From contig CM102289.1 of assembly GCA_046563655.1 (NCBI GenBank), positions 558,001 to 622,000 of the forward strand: DNA of 64,000 nt, read 5' to 3'. The notes beneath the pieces are model-generated. The model was not told the origin of the DNA. It worked only from the letters and a program-made list of their open reading frames with translations, and ran no database searches. The position numbers were made by a program, and so were the translations under genes. How positions within the stretch are numbered: position 1 is the first letter of the stretch; every line of letters starts with the position of its first letter. Shown in pieces: positions 25,384 through 45,148 of the stretch. This DNA is from Yuukianura sp. NJ FZ-2021. Taxonomy: Eukaryota.

Positions 25384-26470
25384 ATGGAAGAGTTGGACGG
25401 GAATGAATCAAGGTTTGTTGACTGATTTTTTTTAACAGGTTGGGTAGCACCCCATGTTTTTTTCATTTTACAAAAGAAAGTGTGTTTTCATTTTAGGTCA
25501 TCGTAGTCATAACAATACACCCGAATTATTTAAATTTTGCATACAAATTGGTAGCAGTTTTTCGGCTGGGTACTAAAATTGGCACCAATTTTTGCTTTTT
25601 ACGTTATTCTGTCAACAAGCGAAGTAGTACCCAACCTGTTAAAGTAAATTAGCTTCTCGTTGTCAAGGAACCTTGGGAATGAATGGATATTCATCCGAAA
25701 TTTGTCCGAGCCCTTACAAATTGATGGCCACATTGTCTGCCCCAGCGCTACCTGGTCAGTTGGCGTAAATAATCGCCTGCGATGCCTTAGACTCCTGTTC
25801 AATGCACCAGGTTATTATTTAATTTACATTCACATTCAATTACTTTTTTAACTTTTTGTTTTATTTCATCTGAAATATTTTAGTTTTAGGCCTGGATCTA
25901 TATGCAGTAGACTTTAGTATGACATTGGGGAACGCAATTACTTTCGCGGATGACGCTATGAGAAAAGTTAAGATTAGTGCCATGCAGCAAGGGCTGAATT
26001 TGGAACTGGAAATTAGTATGGCTCTTGGTAAGTGTCGTTTTATAAAAACGTGTTTTTAAATTTTCATGGAATCTACTTCCTGGAGGATTAGCACAACCAA
26101 TTAACAAATTATTCAACAATTTACTTTCAGATTACGATATTTTGAAAGGCATCTTCAACCTTTACAATCATCGTGGGTACATCAGCGATCCTGTAAGTAC
26201 TAAATTATTTTACATATTTAGATTTTCCTAAAACACTAAATGCAATAAGTGCCTGTCTATACTATTTTAAGTTTGGTTTGTTGCAACTTAGAATTTTTTT
26301 CTCCCAATCATAAAACCAGTATTTTTTAAATAGTATTGAAACAAAGTGTTTACTTGGCACCAATGTCTTCCTTCCCTTGATTAGAAAATTGTGTGGAAAA
26401 TAATCATTATTTAATATTTTATTTCTGGGCTGCACAAAAGATTGTGCCAACAGCGCACCGTGGGTTATGA
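25384..26470 (+). pseudogene. Orphan family 'YRGL' copy 4, exon 1 interrupted by a MITE
   Basis: MEELDGNE|insertion|WIFIRNLSEPLQIDGHIVCPSATW..; later exons intact, ends IVPTAHRGL*. Confidence 0.65.
25409..25675. mobile_element. CAAGG-family MITE with 9-bp TSD
   Basis: caaggtt...aaccttg; perfect TSD ggaatgaat (25400-25408, 25676-25684). Confidence 0.85.
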
Positions 26471-27312
26471 AATTTGGTAGAATCCAGCACCTAGCCAACA
26501 TCATCGAAACAAAAGATTTAGTTTTTGACTTAATTTTAGGTTTTAGCTATTAGCGCTTTAAATTAGTTGTTAGTATATTTATTTTATGACGTATTTGTTC
26601 TTTCTTCAAATTTGTTTTCTTAATTTTAGGATGGAAAGACGGAATGCGTACGAAATAATTTACTAGGTTGTAGGTTTGTCGTATTATTTTCTTAATTTTG
26701 TTACTTACCTGGAAATATGTAATCAATCCTAATTTAAATGTACATTTAAGGTAAGATTAAGCTTAAGATTCGTTAAGATTTTCGGAATTTGCTGCTCTTA
26801 AGGCCTTTACTTCTGATGAACAAGTCAATCTCAATTCCGCAATCGCTCCATCACAAATACACATTCCGAATAAAAAGTGTGCTAAAACTGCGCATACGTA
26901 ATACTTGTCAATAAAATTTCTCTCCATTACACAATTTCTCAATGCGTGATCTCTTTTTAGTTAAGTTTTGTCATCTTTGTTAAGTTGGACTTGGGCCAAT
27001 GTGACAAAGTGTTTTCAGAGCAGATGCCCCACCGTTGTGTCCCACCTCCCCACCCACCGAATTCCTGAGCCTCCGTTGCCATGGAAATGCACGACTAGGG
27101 GAAGTGGCGGCTAAAAATAGGTTCTCAGGTAGGTCAAGTGGAGTCGGTGCCAAATGTGTCACTGGGAAGAAGCACAGCACCATCCAACTTACCCGCATTC
27201 TACTCTCGCTTTTCAGTTTCTCAGGACACAGTGCTGGTTTTCAAAATTTCAAAACACAGTTTTTAGAAAAACAAAGTGGAGGTCAGAGGTCAATCTCTGA
27301 AGTGACCTCGCC

Positions 27313-35139
<7,827 letters not shown>

Positions 35140-35294
35140 CGCAAAAATTTAAACTTAAAAGACAAGAAAAAATAGTTATTTAATAAGTTACATAATGATA
35201 GACCAAGCCTAACGCACAATAAATCCATATTTTGAAAAATCCCACGCATCATGCAATTACGCGTAGTCGTACGAGGAATTTTTGAAACTTGTTT

Positions 35295-38174
35295 TCAGGA
35301 TTCAATTGTTTCTGCGTTAGACGTTTTTCTTGTCTTCGGTTTTGTCAACAACCTTTTCTGGACATTTTGCAACAAACTTGTAAAACTACACAGCACAAAC
35401 TTAAAAACTAATACTGCAGGTAGTATAAGTAAAAAGACAATTTTAAAAAGATATAATAGGAATTGCAAAAGTGATAGTACAAGTTGAAAAAGTGATACCA
35501 CAATTTGAAAAAGTAACTCATTGGCGTTCGTAGTGCTGAGTTTGTTGTGTTCTCCAGTCACCATAGACGTTCTATCGTTCTGTAACAAACCTTTTAACTT
35601 CTTTGATGACAAAGAAAACATAAAAGTAGTGGCTTTTACAACTACGCTGTTTCCTGAACTGGTAACACTTTCAACAGGAATCATAGAATTGTAAATTATT
35701 GTTTTTAGCTCGTAAATTAGTACTAAACTACACATGCCCAAGCCACCCAGAATCAAATAAAAACTAGTTATAATGTTTCCTGTCAACTTTAATTTTTTGG
35801 GTTTTTGTTTGAATGTCTTTGTTTTTTGGTGTTGATTCCTAATGTTGTCTAATGCATTAGGTCTAGTGATGGGGAACCATTTTTCCCACAACCCATAAAT
35901 TCCAGATTGCATGAGTTGTTGTAATTTTGTGTATTGATGCTGCTCAACTATTTCGTACCCTCGAACAACTGTACCAAGCGGTTCCGTTCCTTTCCGGAAG
36001 TTAACGCCTTCTTCAGTAGTGTTTAAGCTTGCACTTTGTACTCTATTTTCATAGTAGGCTAAAATTAAATCCAATTCTGATTCTTGTCCAAGCGGCGCAA
36101 TTTTGGAACATAGCGACAGTATTTCCGAAAGTCTCAAAAGTGTAATGTCTGGGTGTAGTAAATATTCCAAAGCGGTCAATATTTTGATTTTTGCGAGTAT
36201 AAATGCCGATGGGAATTTAGCCCTTACTTTCAAGTCACGTAAAACGATGTTATCGGTACTGTTTCCGCTACGCGTAACACGCATGTATTCATCCCCGCAT
36301 TCTACATCCGTAGTATACAAAGGTGTGCGTGTGTTGTTGGTTAAAATTTTTGGATTTTCCAGGCAGTGGAATTTGGTTGATTGTTTGAAATTTTCTATTC
36401 GCCTGAGGGCAGAATTTGATGAAATTTCAAACGGGCACGAATTAAGGTAAAACTCTGGTTGAAAATAGAATCGCGACTCAGATTCGCATTGGCAGTAGAA
36501 AAGGGAGTTGAGTTCGCGTAGACGAAATGGGTGTGAGAATTCCAACACGTCACTTGTATATATGAGTGAACCCTTTTCAACTGTTAGTACCACAAAGTCT
36601 TCCAGCTGATTGAACTTGTGGTATGTTTGCGTAATGGGTTTTGGCGTAGTTAAATACGACACAACTACTCCCTTGTATCCATTAGTAAGGACTACAGTTA
36701 ACAACATCCACAAACTAATCACAGGCAGTATGCGATTTCGTGCAATATTTTGTCGTGTTTTACAGAAAATTTCCAGCATACTTCCATAAAACACAAATAA
36801 AACGTCTAAATAAAGTAAATTATGTAATTGGACTCGAGTTACCAAGGCAACAAAACATATTAACAAAACTCCTGTTGCTAACACTGAGGCCCAGGAGTAT
36901 TTGTCATAGGGTCGTGTATAAATTTCAAAACTCATTGTTTCCCCTGTTCCATCACAAGTTAAGAAAGTTATTTTTTCCTGTTTAATTGGAAAAAAATGTA
37001 AAATAGCCCTGTCTGGATTCGGGGCAACCAAAGACAGAGCGTAAGCATTGCTCCTATCAGATATTATATAACGAACCGAATTCGGATGCAAAACAATTCC
37101 GTCTTTAAAATGTAAAACTAAGTCAATGTTGGCGTGCAGATCCAACTCCTTTCGTACCATCGCATGCGCCTTGAATGGGTTTAAAATTTTAGCCACAGGG
37201 ATTTTTCTCCGAGTTTTACGTTGGTTGAGAAAGAACATTTTATCTCTTGCCTTTGCTTCAACTTTTGTGACCTCTTCTCGGAAGCGGCTGAAAGACAACG
37301 CTTGTGTAGTGTTCATATGATACCAGTCAGATTCCATGTTAAGGTATTCTTGAAATACATGGTGTTCCCGATATAGAAATCTATTGTAGCGCAACAATAT
37401 TTTTGAAATCATGTATTCGTTACCATTTTGTGTGAATTGAGGACGTGATGATTTTTTTCTGGTTTTCTTTTTTTTTCTTGATGATGATAGTTTATGGTGA
37501 AATATGGATGCATAAGGGAGATCTTCGAGTAGTAGGCGTCTAACGCTGTAATACTTGATTTGCCCAACAAAATGAATTGAAACACCTAGTGTTCTCGTTA
37601 CATAATCGCGTTTCAAGTAAGGTACAAGCTGTCCAAACCGCAGTTCATTCTCTTCCTTTTGTGGATTAATGGACTTTGGAAATACGATGAAAATTTGAAG
37701 GTAGTTGAGTTTGTTACGAGAAATGTGCATGCGTTTAATATCATGAAACTCCTCACATGGAGGTTTGCACATTCCATTTTTGTGCCACATGTAGTACAGT
37801 TTTATGGGAACGGCAAAACTTGCTGTAATTTGGTACTGTTGATTTTCAGCAATTATCAAATTGTCACCATGTGGAAACTGATCTACAAGTTGATGTAAAT
37901 TCAGAATTTGGAAGGTATCCATTGAATGCACAATAACTGCTGATTCGGCAGAAACAGTTGGTTCCTTTGAATTCAGCGATTCTTCAGAGAGTTCTAATTC
38001 CTCCGAGTTCAGCGATTCTTCAGAGGTTTCTAATTTCTCCGAGTTCAACGATTTTTCAGAGGTTCCTAGTTCTTCCAGAATCCGCGATACCTCATCAGAG
38101 ATTTTTGATTCACAAGAAATTACTGCTGCGAATATAATAAAAACAATTTTTACCAAAACCGAAAAACGGCACAT
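35295..38174 (-). CDS. Intronless divergent ionotropic receptor (IR/iGluR-derived chemoreceptor-like), 959 aa
   Basis: Signal peptide; FLTC..IYTRPYDKYSW-M1, LWMLLTVVLTNGYKGVVVSYLTTP, LMQSGIYGLW, GNIITSFYLILGGL..YE segments match divergent-IR topology. Confidence 0.7.
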   Translation of the reverse strand: MCRFSVLVKIVFIIFAAVISCESKISDEVSRILEELGTSEKSLNSEKLETSEESLNSEELELSEESLNSKEPTVSAESAVIVHSMDTFQILNLHQLVDQFPHGDNLIIAENQQYQITASFAVPIKLYYMWHKNGMCKPPCEEFHDIKRMHISRNKLNYLQIFIVFPKSINPQKEENELRFGQLVPYLKRDYVTRTLGVSIHFVGQIKYYSVRRLLLEDLPYASIFHHKLSSSRKKKKTRKKSSRPQFTQNGNEYMISKILLRYNRFLYREHHVFQEYLNMESDWYHMNTTQALSFSRFREEVTKVEAKARDKMFFLNQRKTRRKIPVAKILNPFKAHAMVRKELDLHANIDLVLHFKDGIVLHPNSVRYIISDRSNAYALSLVAPNPDRAILHFFPIKQEKITFLTCDGTGETMSFEIYTRPYDKYSWASVLATGVLLICFVALVTRVQLHNLLYLDVLFVFYGSMLEIFCKTRQNIARNRILPVISLWMLLTVVLTNGYKGVVVSYLTTPKPITQTYHKFNQLEDFVVLTVEKGSLIYTSDVLEFSHPFRLRELNSLFYCQCESESRFYFQPEFYLNSCPFEISSNSALRRIENFKQSTKFHCLENPKILTNNTRTPLYTTDVECGDEYMRVTRSGNSTDNIVLRDLKVRAKFPSAFILAKIKILTALEYLLHPDITLLRLSEILSLCSKIAPLGQESELDLILAYYENRVQSASLNTTEEGVNFRKGTEPLGTVVRGYEIVEQHQYTKLQQLMQSGIYGLWEKWFPITRPNALDNIRNQHQKTKTFKQKPKKLKLTGNIITSFYLILGGLGMCSLVLIYELKTIIYNSMIPVESVTSSGNSVVVKATTFMFSLSSKKLKGLLQNDRTSMVTGEHNKLSTTNANELLFQIVVSLFQLVLSLLQFLLYLFKIVFLLILPAVLVFKFVLCSFTSLLQNVQKRLLTKPKTRKTSNAETIES
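37960..38070 (-). repeat. 36-bp (12-aa) coding tandem repeat SE(E/K)SLNSE(E/K)LE in the IR N-terminus
   Basis: Three units are visible in the translation. Confidence 0.75.
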
Positions 38175-38513
38175 GGTTAATCACAGCAAAAGAGTGAAGG
38201 GTGGTGCTGATTTCAATATCCGCCAAGCGTCGTATTTTTCTTGTAGCTCTGAATGTTCACAATATTGTATGCATTGCTAAATGTTTCTGAATTTGCTGAC
38301 ACTCGTAAAATAGGAATTAACATTTGAAAAGAGTGGTACCCACGAGGAGTACATGATTCTGACCTCGGTTAAATTGCTGAACCGAATCAAGAAACCTTGG
38401 CTCTCAAACTGAGTTTAGCTTAGCTTCTGTGCTTATTGCGAAGAAACAATTTAAAGCAGAAGGAGCTCCAGCTTCCACAAGAAAAGTGAAGTGTCAAAAG
38501 AAATGTCCGCGAA

Positions 38514-39230
38514 CTTTTACTAAAAATTACTACTTTGTTTAAAGCATTCGTGTTAGATGAGATAAAGGGAATTTTTTTAAACACTCCCTTCCTCACGCCC
38601 ATATAAACAATATTTCTAAAAGTCTGCCTTACACGAAATGTCAACGTTATTAATTCATAATTTTAGGCAAAAAATTCACAGACCTTGACCAAACGAAGTC
38701 CAAAATGTTCACTCGAGGTGCCGCTAATGCTACTTTATTTGTAAAGTTTCAATATCCAACTGATTTTAACTTTTAAATCCATGGCACTTGACTTTTAAAA
38801 GGAACAGTTCAAAAAAGTATGTTTTTCCATTTATTTCACACTGAAACTACCCGATTTTTTAAATTCAATGTATTCTTATGTATCACTTCAAAAAATAATA
38901 AAGTGTTCAAAATTCTCTAAATTTTTTAATCCTAACTTTTGTACCAAAATGTCAGCCCAGCATTCTAAAACCCGACCAACTTTTACTAAAAATTAATTTG
39001 CTTAAAGCATTCGTGTGACAGGTAGATGGCGAAAAGAATTTTTTAAACACTCCTTCTTCACGCCCTCATAAACAATATTTCCAAAAGTCCGTTCGACACG
39101 AAATGTCAACATTATTAATTCATAATTTTAGTAAAAAAAAAATTCAAAGACCTTGATCAAACAAAGTCCATAATGCTCACTTCACGTGCCGCTGATGATG
39201 CCTTGTCTTGTAAACTTTCATTATCCAACT
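38514..39230. repeat. Diverged ~250-bp direct repeat pair (38514-38762 and 38981-39230)
   Basis: Both units run ttttactaaaaatta..aaagcattcgtgt..acacgaaatgtcaac..gaccttga..tatccaact. Confidence 0.7.
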
Positions 39231-39498
39231 AAAGATTAATTTTAACTTGACTTTCCAGTAAATAAATCCATATTTTGAAAAATCCTTACTTTCAAAAAAA
39301 CTTGCATTCAAACTTTGTGACAAAAGTTCATTAATTTTTTCCCCGTTCTTACTTTTTTGGTGGAGAAGAGTATTGATTCAACTTTGTCTGTCTGTCTGTC
39401 TGCCACGTTCGTAAATTTGGAGACAAATTAAAACTTTTTATTCCAATTTTGTTACATTTTTGTACACGAAGTTTGTTACTTCTGAGGAGTTTTTAGTT

Positions 39499-39823
39499 TT
39501 AAAAGAATTTGGGTGGGAAGCATTGGTAAATATCGCATTCGTAGAGACAGCACACTTGGTCCTTATCACAAGCAAGTTCTGGAGTGTTTTGGCAGTGGTA
39601 TGGTTGGATATTATGATCTGGACAGTCAGAATCCTCGCTGTGTTCAATCGGTGGACACTCCAATGCTACAACAACCACAAATTGTTAAAATTGTCAAAGG
39701 AAAACACAATTTATAAAGTTTGTTTTAAATTTGAAATTGAAGTTAAAATTAAAATAGATGTTTACTTTCAGCCACGGTCACTAAGGCTACAATTGCTACG
39801 AGCAACATAACAAGCAACTTCAT
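39499..39823 (-). CDS. Secreted 8-Cys WAP-like peptide 1 (LECPPIEHSEDSDCPDHNIQPYHCQNTPELACDKDQVCCLYECDIYQCFPPKFF)
   Basis: Exon 1 signal peptide MKLLVMLLVAIVALVTVAE, phase-1 intron, 8-Cys exon 2, upstream TATA. Confidence 0.85.
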
Positions 39824-40398
39824 TCTGACTAAAGGCGGCAGTTAGGTTAATTTTGAAGTAAATGTTAAGGTTAACTTTAAACTTTAGCTAAGGTGAAGCA
39901 TATTTATAGGAATGCGATTCCGTAGAATTGAAAATACCTCAAGTACCACAGTTTACGTAAGCGATTGTGGCAGTTTCGAGTAATTAAAACTTGCCGCATA
40001 ACCCAATTAATGTTTTGTGGTTAGTTAACAATTAAGGGATTTTTAGATTCGTTAAGTAGCTACAAGCCGGAAATATAAATGTGTATTTTAAATTTTCAAA
40101 TTTAATTCCAAATGGGTAAATGTAGCGCTGGAGTTTCCAATTCAGAAATATTTTTCTTAATTAAAAACTTATTTTGGTTTCTTCCACTCAGGGAAATTTC
40201 TTTTTCAATATTTGTTGCAAAATGTCACAGTTTAAATAATTCTTTAGTCTGCCGGAGAAAACAACTGATTCAACTTTGTCTGTCTGTCCGTCCGTCTGTC
40301 ACGTTTTTAAATGTGAAAAATTAAAATGTGTAACTTTTTATTCGAATTCTGTTACATCCTCTCACACGAACTTTGTTATTTCTTAGGAGATGTTGGAA

Positions 40399-40723
40399 TC
40401 AAACAAATTTGTATGGGTAGCAATAGAGGTTGTCGCATTCGTTTTTGCAACACAACTGGTCAGCATCACAAGCCAGCCATGGAGTGTTGTTGCAATGGTA
40501 CGGTTGGAAATGATGGGTACACTCAGCCGGTTGACTTATGTCAATTGTTGGACACTCCAATTCTGCAAAAACCAAAAATTGTTAACAGAAAATTGGCAAA
40601 CCATAACAAAACTTGGAAAAAGTTTGTGATTTGAAATTTAAATTAAAGTTAAAATGGATGCTTACCTTGAGCAATGGCGACCAAGGCTGCAATACAGACG
40701 ATCAACCCAACAAACGACTTCAT
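40399..40723 (-). CDS. WAP-like peptide 2 (CPTIDISQPAECTHHFQPYHCNNTPWLACDADQLCCKNECDNLYCYPYKFV)
   Basis: Same two-exon structure and Cys spacing. Confidence 0.85.
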
Positions 40724-41323
40724 TTCAACTTAAAGCGGCAAATAGGATTGATGTATGTTATTATTAATGTTAATTTCAAATTCAGTTAAGTAAGCATATT
40801 TATAGGAACACATTTCCGTAAGAATTGGAAATATGTCAAGTAGTTACAGTTTAGGTAAGAGATTACGGCATTTTAGAGTAATTAAGGGTTCCCGCATATC
40901 CCAGTTAATTTTTTGTGGTTAATTAAACATGAAGGGAGTTGTAGATTTGTTAATTAGCTACAAAATATTTCCCAATCTATTTTTCAAATTTTCAAATTTT
41001 CGGCCAAATGAGTGAAAGTATATCGCCGGAGTTTCCAATTAAGAAAAATTCGAAGTATTTAAGTCGCGTCAAAGCTGCATTTGTGCTTTAAGTACAAATA
41101 AGAGGACACTCAAATTTAAACCAAAAGACACGAAAAAGTGTTTTAGAAAAGCTACACAATGATAGACCAAGGCTAACGCACAACAAATCCATATTTTGAA
41201 AAATCCACCTTTTACATCACTTTTTTAGTCTTCTAGAGAATATGTCTGTATGTCTTTCACGTTTTTAAGTTTGAAGACAAATTCAAAAGTCGGTAACTTT
41301 TTATTCACATTTTGTTACATTTG

Positions 41324-41672
41324 TTACACGTACTTTATGAAGTTCGATGCTGCTGGTCTGATTTGTGCGTTGGGGTAGCAATTAAATTGTCCACAGTCGT
41401 CTTCACAGCACAATTGGTTAGCATCACAAGCAAGTCCTGGATGGTTGTTGCAGTGGTATGGTATTAAAATCGCGTTACATATGGCACCCTTGCTTCGGTC
41501 AATCTCTGGACAACTCAATGCTACAACAACCGAAATTGTTAACAGGAAATTGTCAAATCAAAGAATTGTAAAAGTTTCACTTGAAATTTAAATTTAATTA
41601 AAGTTGATATTTACCCTCAGCCACAGCGACCAAGGCTGCAATGGCGACAAAAAATACAACAAACAACTTCAT
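41324..41672 (-). CDS. WAP-like peptide 3 (CPEIDRSKGAICNAILIPYHCNNHPGLACDANQLCCEDDCGQFNCY...)
   Basis: Same structure; ORF 41324..41518 is exon 2. Confidence 0.85.
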
Positions 41673-41750
41673 TTTTACTCCAGGCGGAAGTTGTGCTAAT
41701 GTTAGGTTTAAATGTTATTAAAACTAACTTTAAATTTTAGCTAAGTTGAA

Positions 41751-41877
41751 GCATATTTATAGGAATGCATTTCCGGAAGTTTTGAGAATATCTCAAGTAG
41801 CAACAGTTGAGGTAAGAGATTGTGGCATTTTCAATTAATTTGTAATCTGTCCCATAACACGATTAATTTTTGTGGTC
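41751..41877 (-). promoter_or_regulatory. Representative conserved promoter of the peptide array (TATA box, TTC-N-GAA site, GATA-like site, CTCAA-N10-TTGAG motif, TGYGGT site)
   Basis: The block gcatatttatagga..ttc..gaa..tatctcaagtagcaacagttgaggtaagagattgtggca..taattaa..tgtggt recurs upstream of essentially every copy. Confidence 0.7.
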
Positions 41878-42418
41878 AGTTGATGATCAAGGCAGTTTTT
41901 GATTTGTTAATTAGCTGCAAGGCTAAAATGTTTCATAATGCATTTTCTAAATTCACGTAAAAATGGGTAAAAGTAGCGCTGGAATTCCCAATTTGCAAAA
42001 ACTTTTGTTCATTAAAAACTCATTTTGGTTTGTTGCATTAAGGCAGCAAATTCTTTTCCAAATCTTGGTTAAACCCAATGTAAAAAAAAACGAAATTTAC
42101 ACAATACGTTTAAATAATTTTTTGAGGCTAACGCACGGTAAATCCATATTTTAAGAAATCCAGTGCAACATGCATCTTACATGCAAATTTTGTTGCAAAA
42201 GTCGTCGTTTGTTCAGTCACTTCTTTAGTCTTCTGAAGTCACTTTTTTTAGACTAAATATACGAGTGGTGTAGACTCATGCCTACAACACGATAAAGAAG
42301 ACTTTTGATTCGACTTTGTTCGTCCGTCTGTCGCGTGTTTAAATTTAAAAAAAAAACTGAAGTTGGTAACTTTTTATGCAAATTTTGTTACACGAACTTT
42401 GTTTTTCCTTATGAGTTT

Positions 42419-42743
42419 TTAGAAATACATGGTTTTGGCGGGGTAGCAATAGAATTTGCCGTAATCGTCTTCGCAGCACAATTCGTACTCAGCATCACAC
42501 GCAAATCGTGCATCGTTGTTGCAGTGTAATGCTTGGAAATCCTTCGTACACATAGCAGGCTGGCTTCGGTCAATCTCTGCACAACCCCATACTACAACAA
42601 CCAAAAACTGGTAACAAAATTTTCAAGAAAATTGTTTTCGAAAAACTTGAGATTTGAAAATTTTAATGTTGACGTGGATTTTTACCCTCAGCATGGGCGA
42701 CTAAGGCTGCAGTACCAGCGAGCAACGCAACAAACGACTTCAT
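42419..42743 (-). CDS. WAP-like peptide 4 (CAEIDRSQPAMCTKDFQALHCNNDARFACDAEYELCCEDDYGKFYC...; 7th Cys replaced by Tyr)
   Basis: Two-exon structure intact; only 7 Cys. Confidence 0.8.
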
Positions 42744-43242
42744 TTTGACTAAAACCGGCAGTTAACTTACGTTAGTGTAGGAGTAAATGTTAAGCTTAAC
42801 TTTGAGTTTCAGTTAAGTTGAAGCATATTTATAGGAATGCAATTCTAGAAGTTTTCAAAAGGTAAAACTTTGTGGTAGTTTCGAGTATTTAAAAAATGTC
42901 TCATGACCCAAATTATTTATTTTCTGGTTAATTAAACATAAACATGAAGGGAGTTTAAAGTCGCTACGAAGCTAAAAATTTTCTCAATTTAATGTAGATC
43001 CAAATTTAGACTAAATGTTTAGCCTCCATACCCGAAGTGTCAACGAAAAAAATATTTCGGGTTTCTCTGTCAGTAAATATTTATGTATTTGCAAATTGAT
43101 TCAACCGTGTCTGTCTGTCTGGCTGTCTATCTCGTTTTAAATTTGAAATTCAAATTCACAAATCGGCATCTTTTTATTCAAGATTTTTTGTTTACTTTTG
43201 CTATATTGTTTGTTAATGAACTTTGTTACTTCGTAGGCGTTC

Positions 43243-43580
43243 TTAGTCAAAAAGTGTGGGGAGTATGGGGAGACAGTTAAATTTGCCGCAGTTGTCTTCG
43301 CAACAAATTTCGTACTCCTCATCACAAGCAAGTTCTGGAAGGTTGTTGCAGTGATAAGGTTGCAAATTCATCGTGCATATAGCAGGCTTGCTTCGATCAA
43401 TCGATGGACACCCCAATCCTACAGCAATAAAATATTGTTAACTCGAAATTGTCAAAAATGAAAAAAAAATTGGAAAAAGTTTATGATTTAAAGTTTAAGT
43501 TAAAGTTAAAATGAATTTTTACCATCAGCAACGGCGACCATGGCTGCAATACCAACGAGCAACACAACAAACAACTTCAT
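43243..43580 (-). CDS. WAP-like peptide 5 (CPSIDRSKPAICTMNLQPYHCNNLPELACDEEYEICCEDNCGKFNCLPILPTLFD)
   Basis: Two-exon structure, 8 Cys. Confidence 0.85.
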
Positions 43581-44310
43581 TTTGATTAAAGGCGACAGTT
43601 AGGTTAATGTTAGCGTTAAATGTTAAGTGATCTTTAAATTAACTTAAGGTGAAGCATATTTATAGGAATACATTCTGGAAGAATTGAGAATATCTCAAGT
43701 AGCAACGGCTGGGTTAAGAGATTGTGGCAGTTTCGAGTAATTAAAAGTTGCCGCAACTTTTTTGTGGTTAATTAAAGATGAAAGGAGTTTTATATTCGTT
43801 AATTAATTACAAAGATGAAAACATATTTTTAAATTTCCAAAGTTACCTCAAATGGGTAAAAGTAACTTTTCGGTTTTCAGTTAAAAGTAACTTTTCGGTT
43901 TTCAGTTTAGAAAGATAAATGTTCATTAGGAACAATATGAACAATAAAAGGTAGATTTCAGTAGAATTTTGGTGTGAAATTCAAAAATGGAACCGACGCT
44001 GGATTTTGTATTTTCCGTAGAAAGTTGACTTTAAAATTTAAACTAAAAGATACTAAAAAGGTATTTAAAAAAAGTTACATATTGAAAACAGATATGCAAC
44101 GGCAAACGTACAATAAAACCATATTTTAAAAAATATCACGCGACATGCAACTTGTATTTGTTGCAAAAGTTTCCAGGAAATTTAGTCATTTTTAGTTTTC
44201 TGGAGAAGACTATTAATTCGACATTGTCTGTCTGTCACGATTTCAAATCCAAACACAAATGAAAATTTGTAACTTTATTCCAATTTTGTTACATTTTTTT
44301 ACATTGTTGG

Positions 44311-44656
44311 TTACAAATGTACCAATAATGGTTCAGGAACTGGTATGGCGCCGAAGCAATGGAATTTGCCACATCTGTCTTCGCAACACGATTGGGAAGG
44401 ATGACAAGCAGCTCGAGGATCGTTGTTGCAGTGGACTGGTTGAAAATCCAACGTACATGCACCAGGCTGGCTTCGGTCAATCTCGGGACACCATGCTACA
44501 ACAAACAGAAATTGTTAATAGAAAATTGTCAAAAGAAAAGGAAAATTAGACAAAGTTTGTCATTTGAAATTTAAATTTAAGTTAAAGTTGATGTTTACCT
44601 TGAGCAACGACGACCAAAGCTGAAACAGCGACGAGCAACACAACAAATGACTTCAT
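44311..44656 (-). CDS. WAP-like peptide 6 (CPEIDRSQPGACTLDFQPVHCNNDPRAACHPSQSCCEDRCGKFHCF...)
   Basis: Two-exon structure, 8 Cys. Confidence 0.85.
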
Positions 44657-45148
44657 CTTGACTGAGAAGGCGGTTAGGTTAAAGTTGGATTAAATTTTAA
44701 GCTTAACTTTAAGTTCGCAGCGGTGAGAATATTTATAGGAGTAGATTTCCGAAAGGTTTGAGAGTATCTCAAGTAGCAACAGTTGAGGTAAGAGATTGTA
44801 CCAGTTTCAAGTAATTAAAAGCCGCTGCACAAACGGATAGTTTTTTGTGGTTGGTTAAAGATGAAGGGAGTTTTAGATTTGTTAATTAGCTGCAAGACTA
44901 AAATATTTCCCAATGCATTTTTCAAATTCTTAACTTAAAATCAAATGGGTAACATCATTTCAAATTGAACTTCTCTATTTGTATTTGAATACCACTCAAT
45001 TTTCAACTCAATTTTTCAAAATTCATTGGCATTAAAAAAATGCATCTGAACTCGGAACCGGTTTTAGTCCTACGGCCAAATATAGTGTAAATTGTTTTAG
45101 ATTTATGTAATGATAGATTTCTTGTTCTTGTACGATATGTAAGTGAAA

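Noticed and set aside
26980..27300. GC-richer ORFs upstream of Cav1
   Set aside because: No recognisable motifs; more likely Cav1 promoter/5' UTR.
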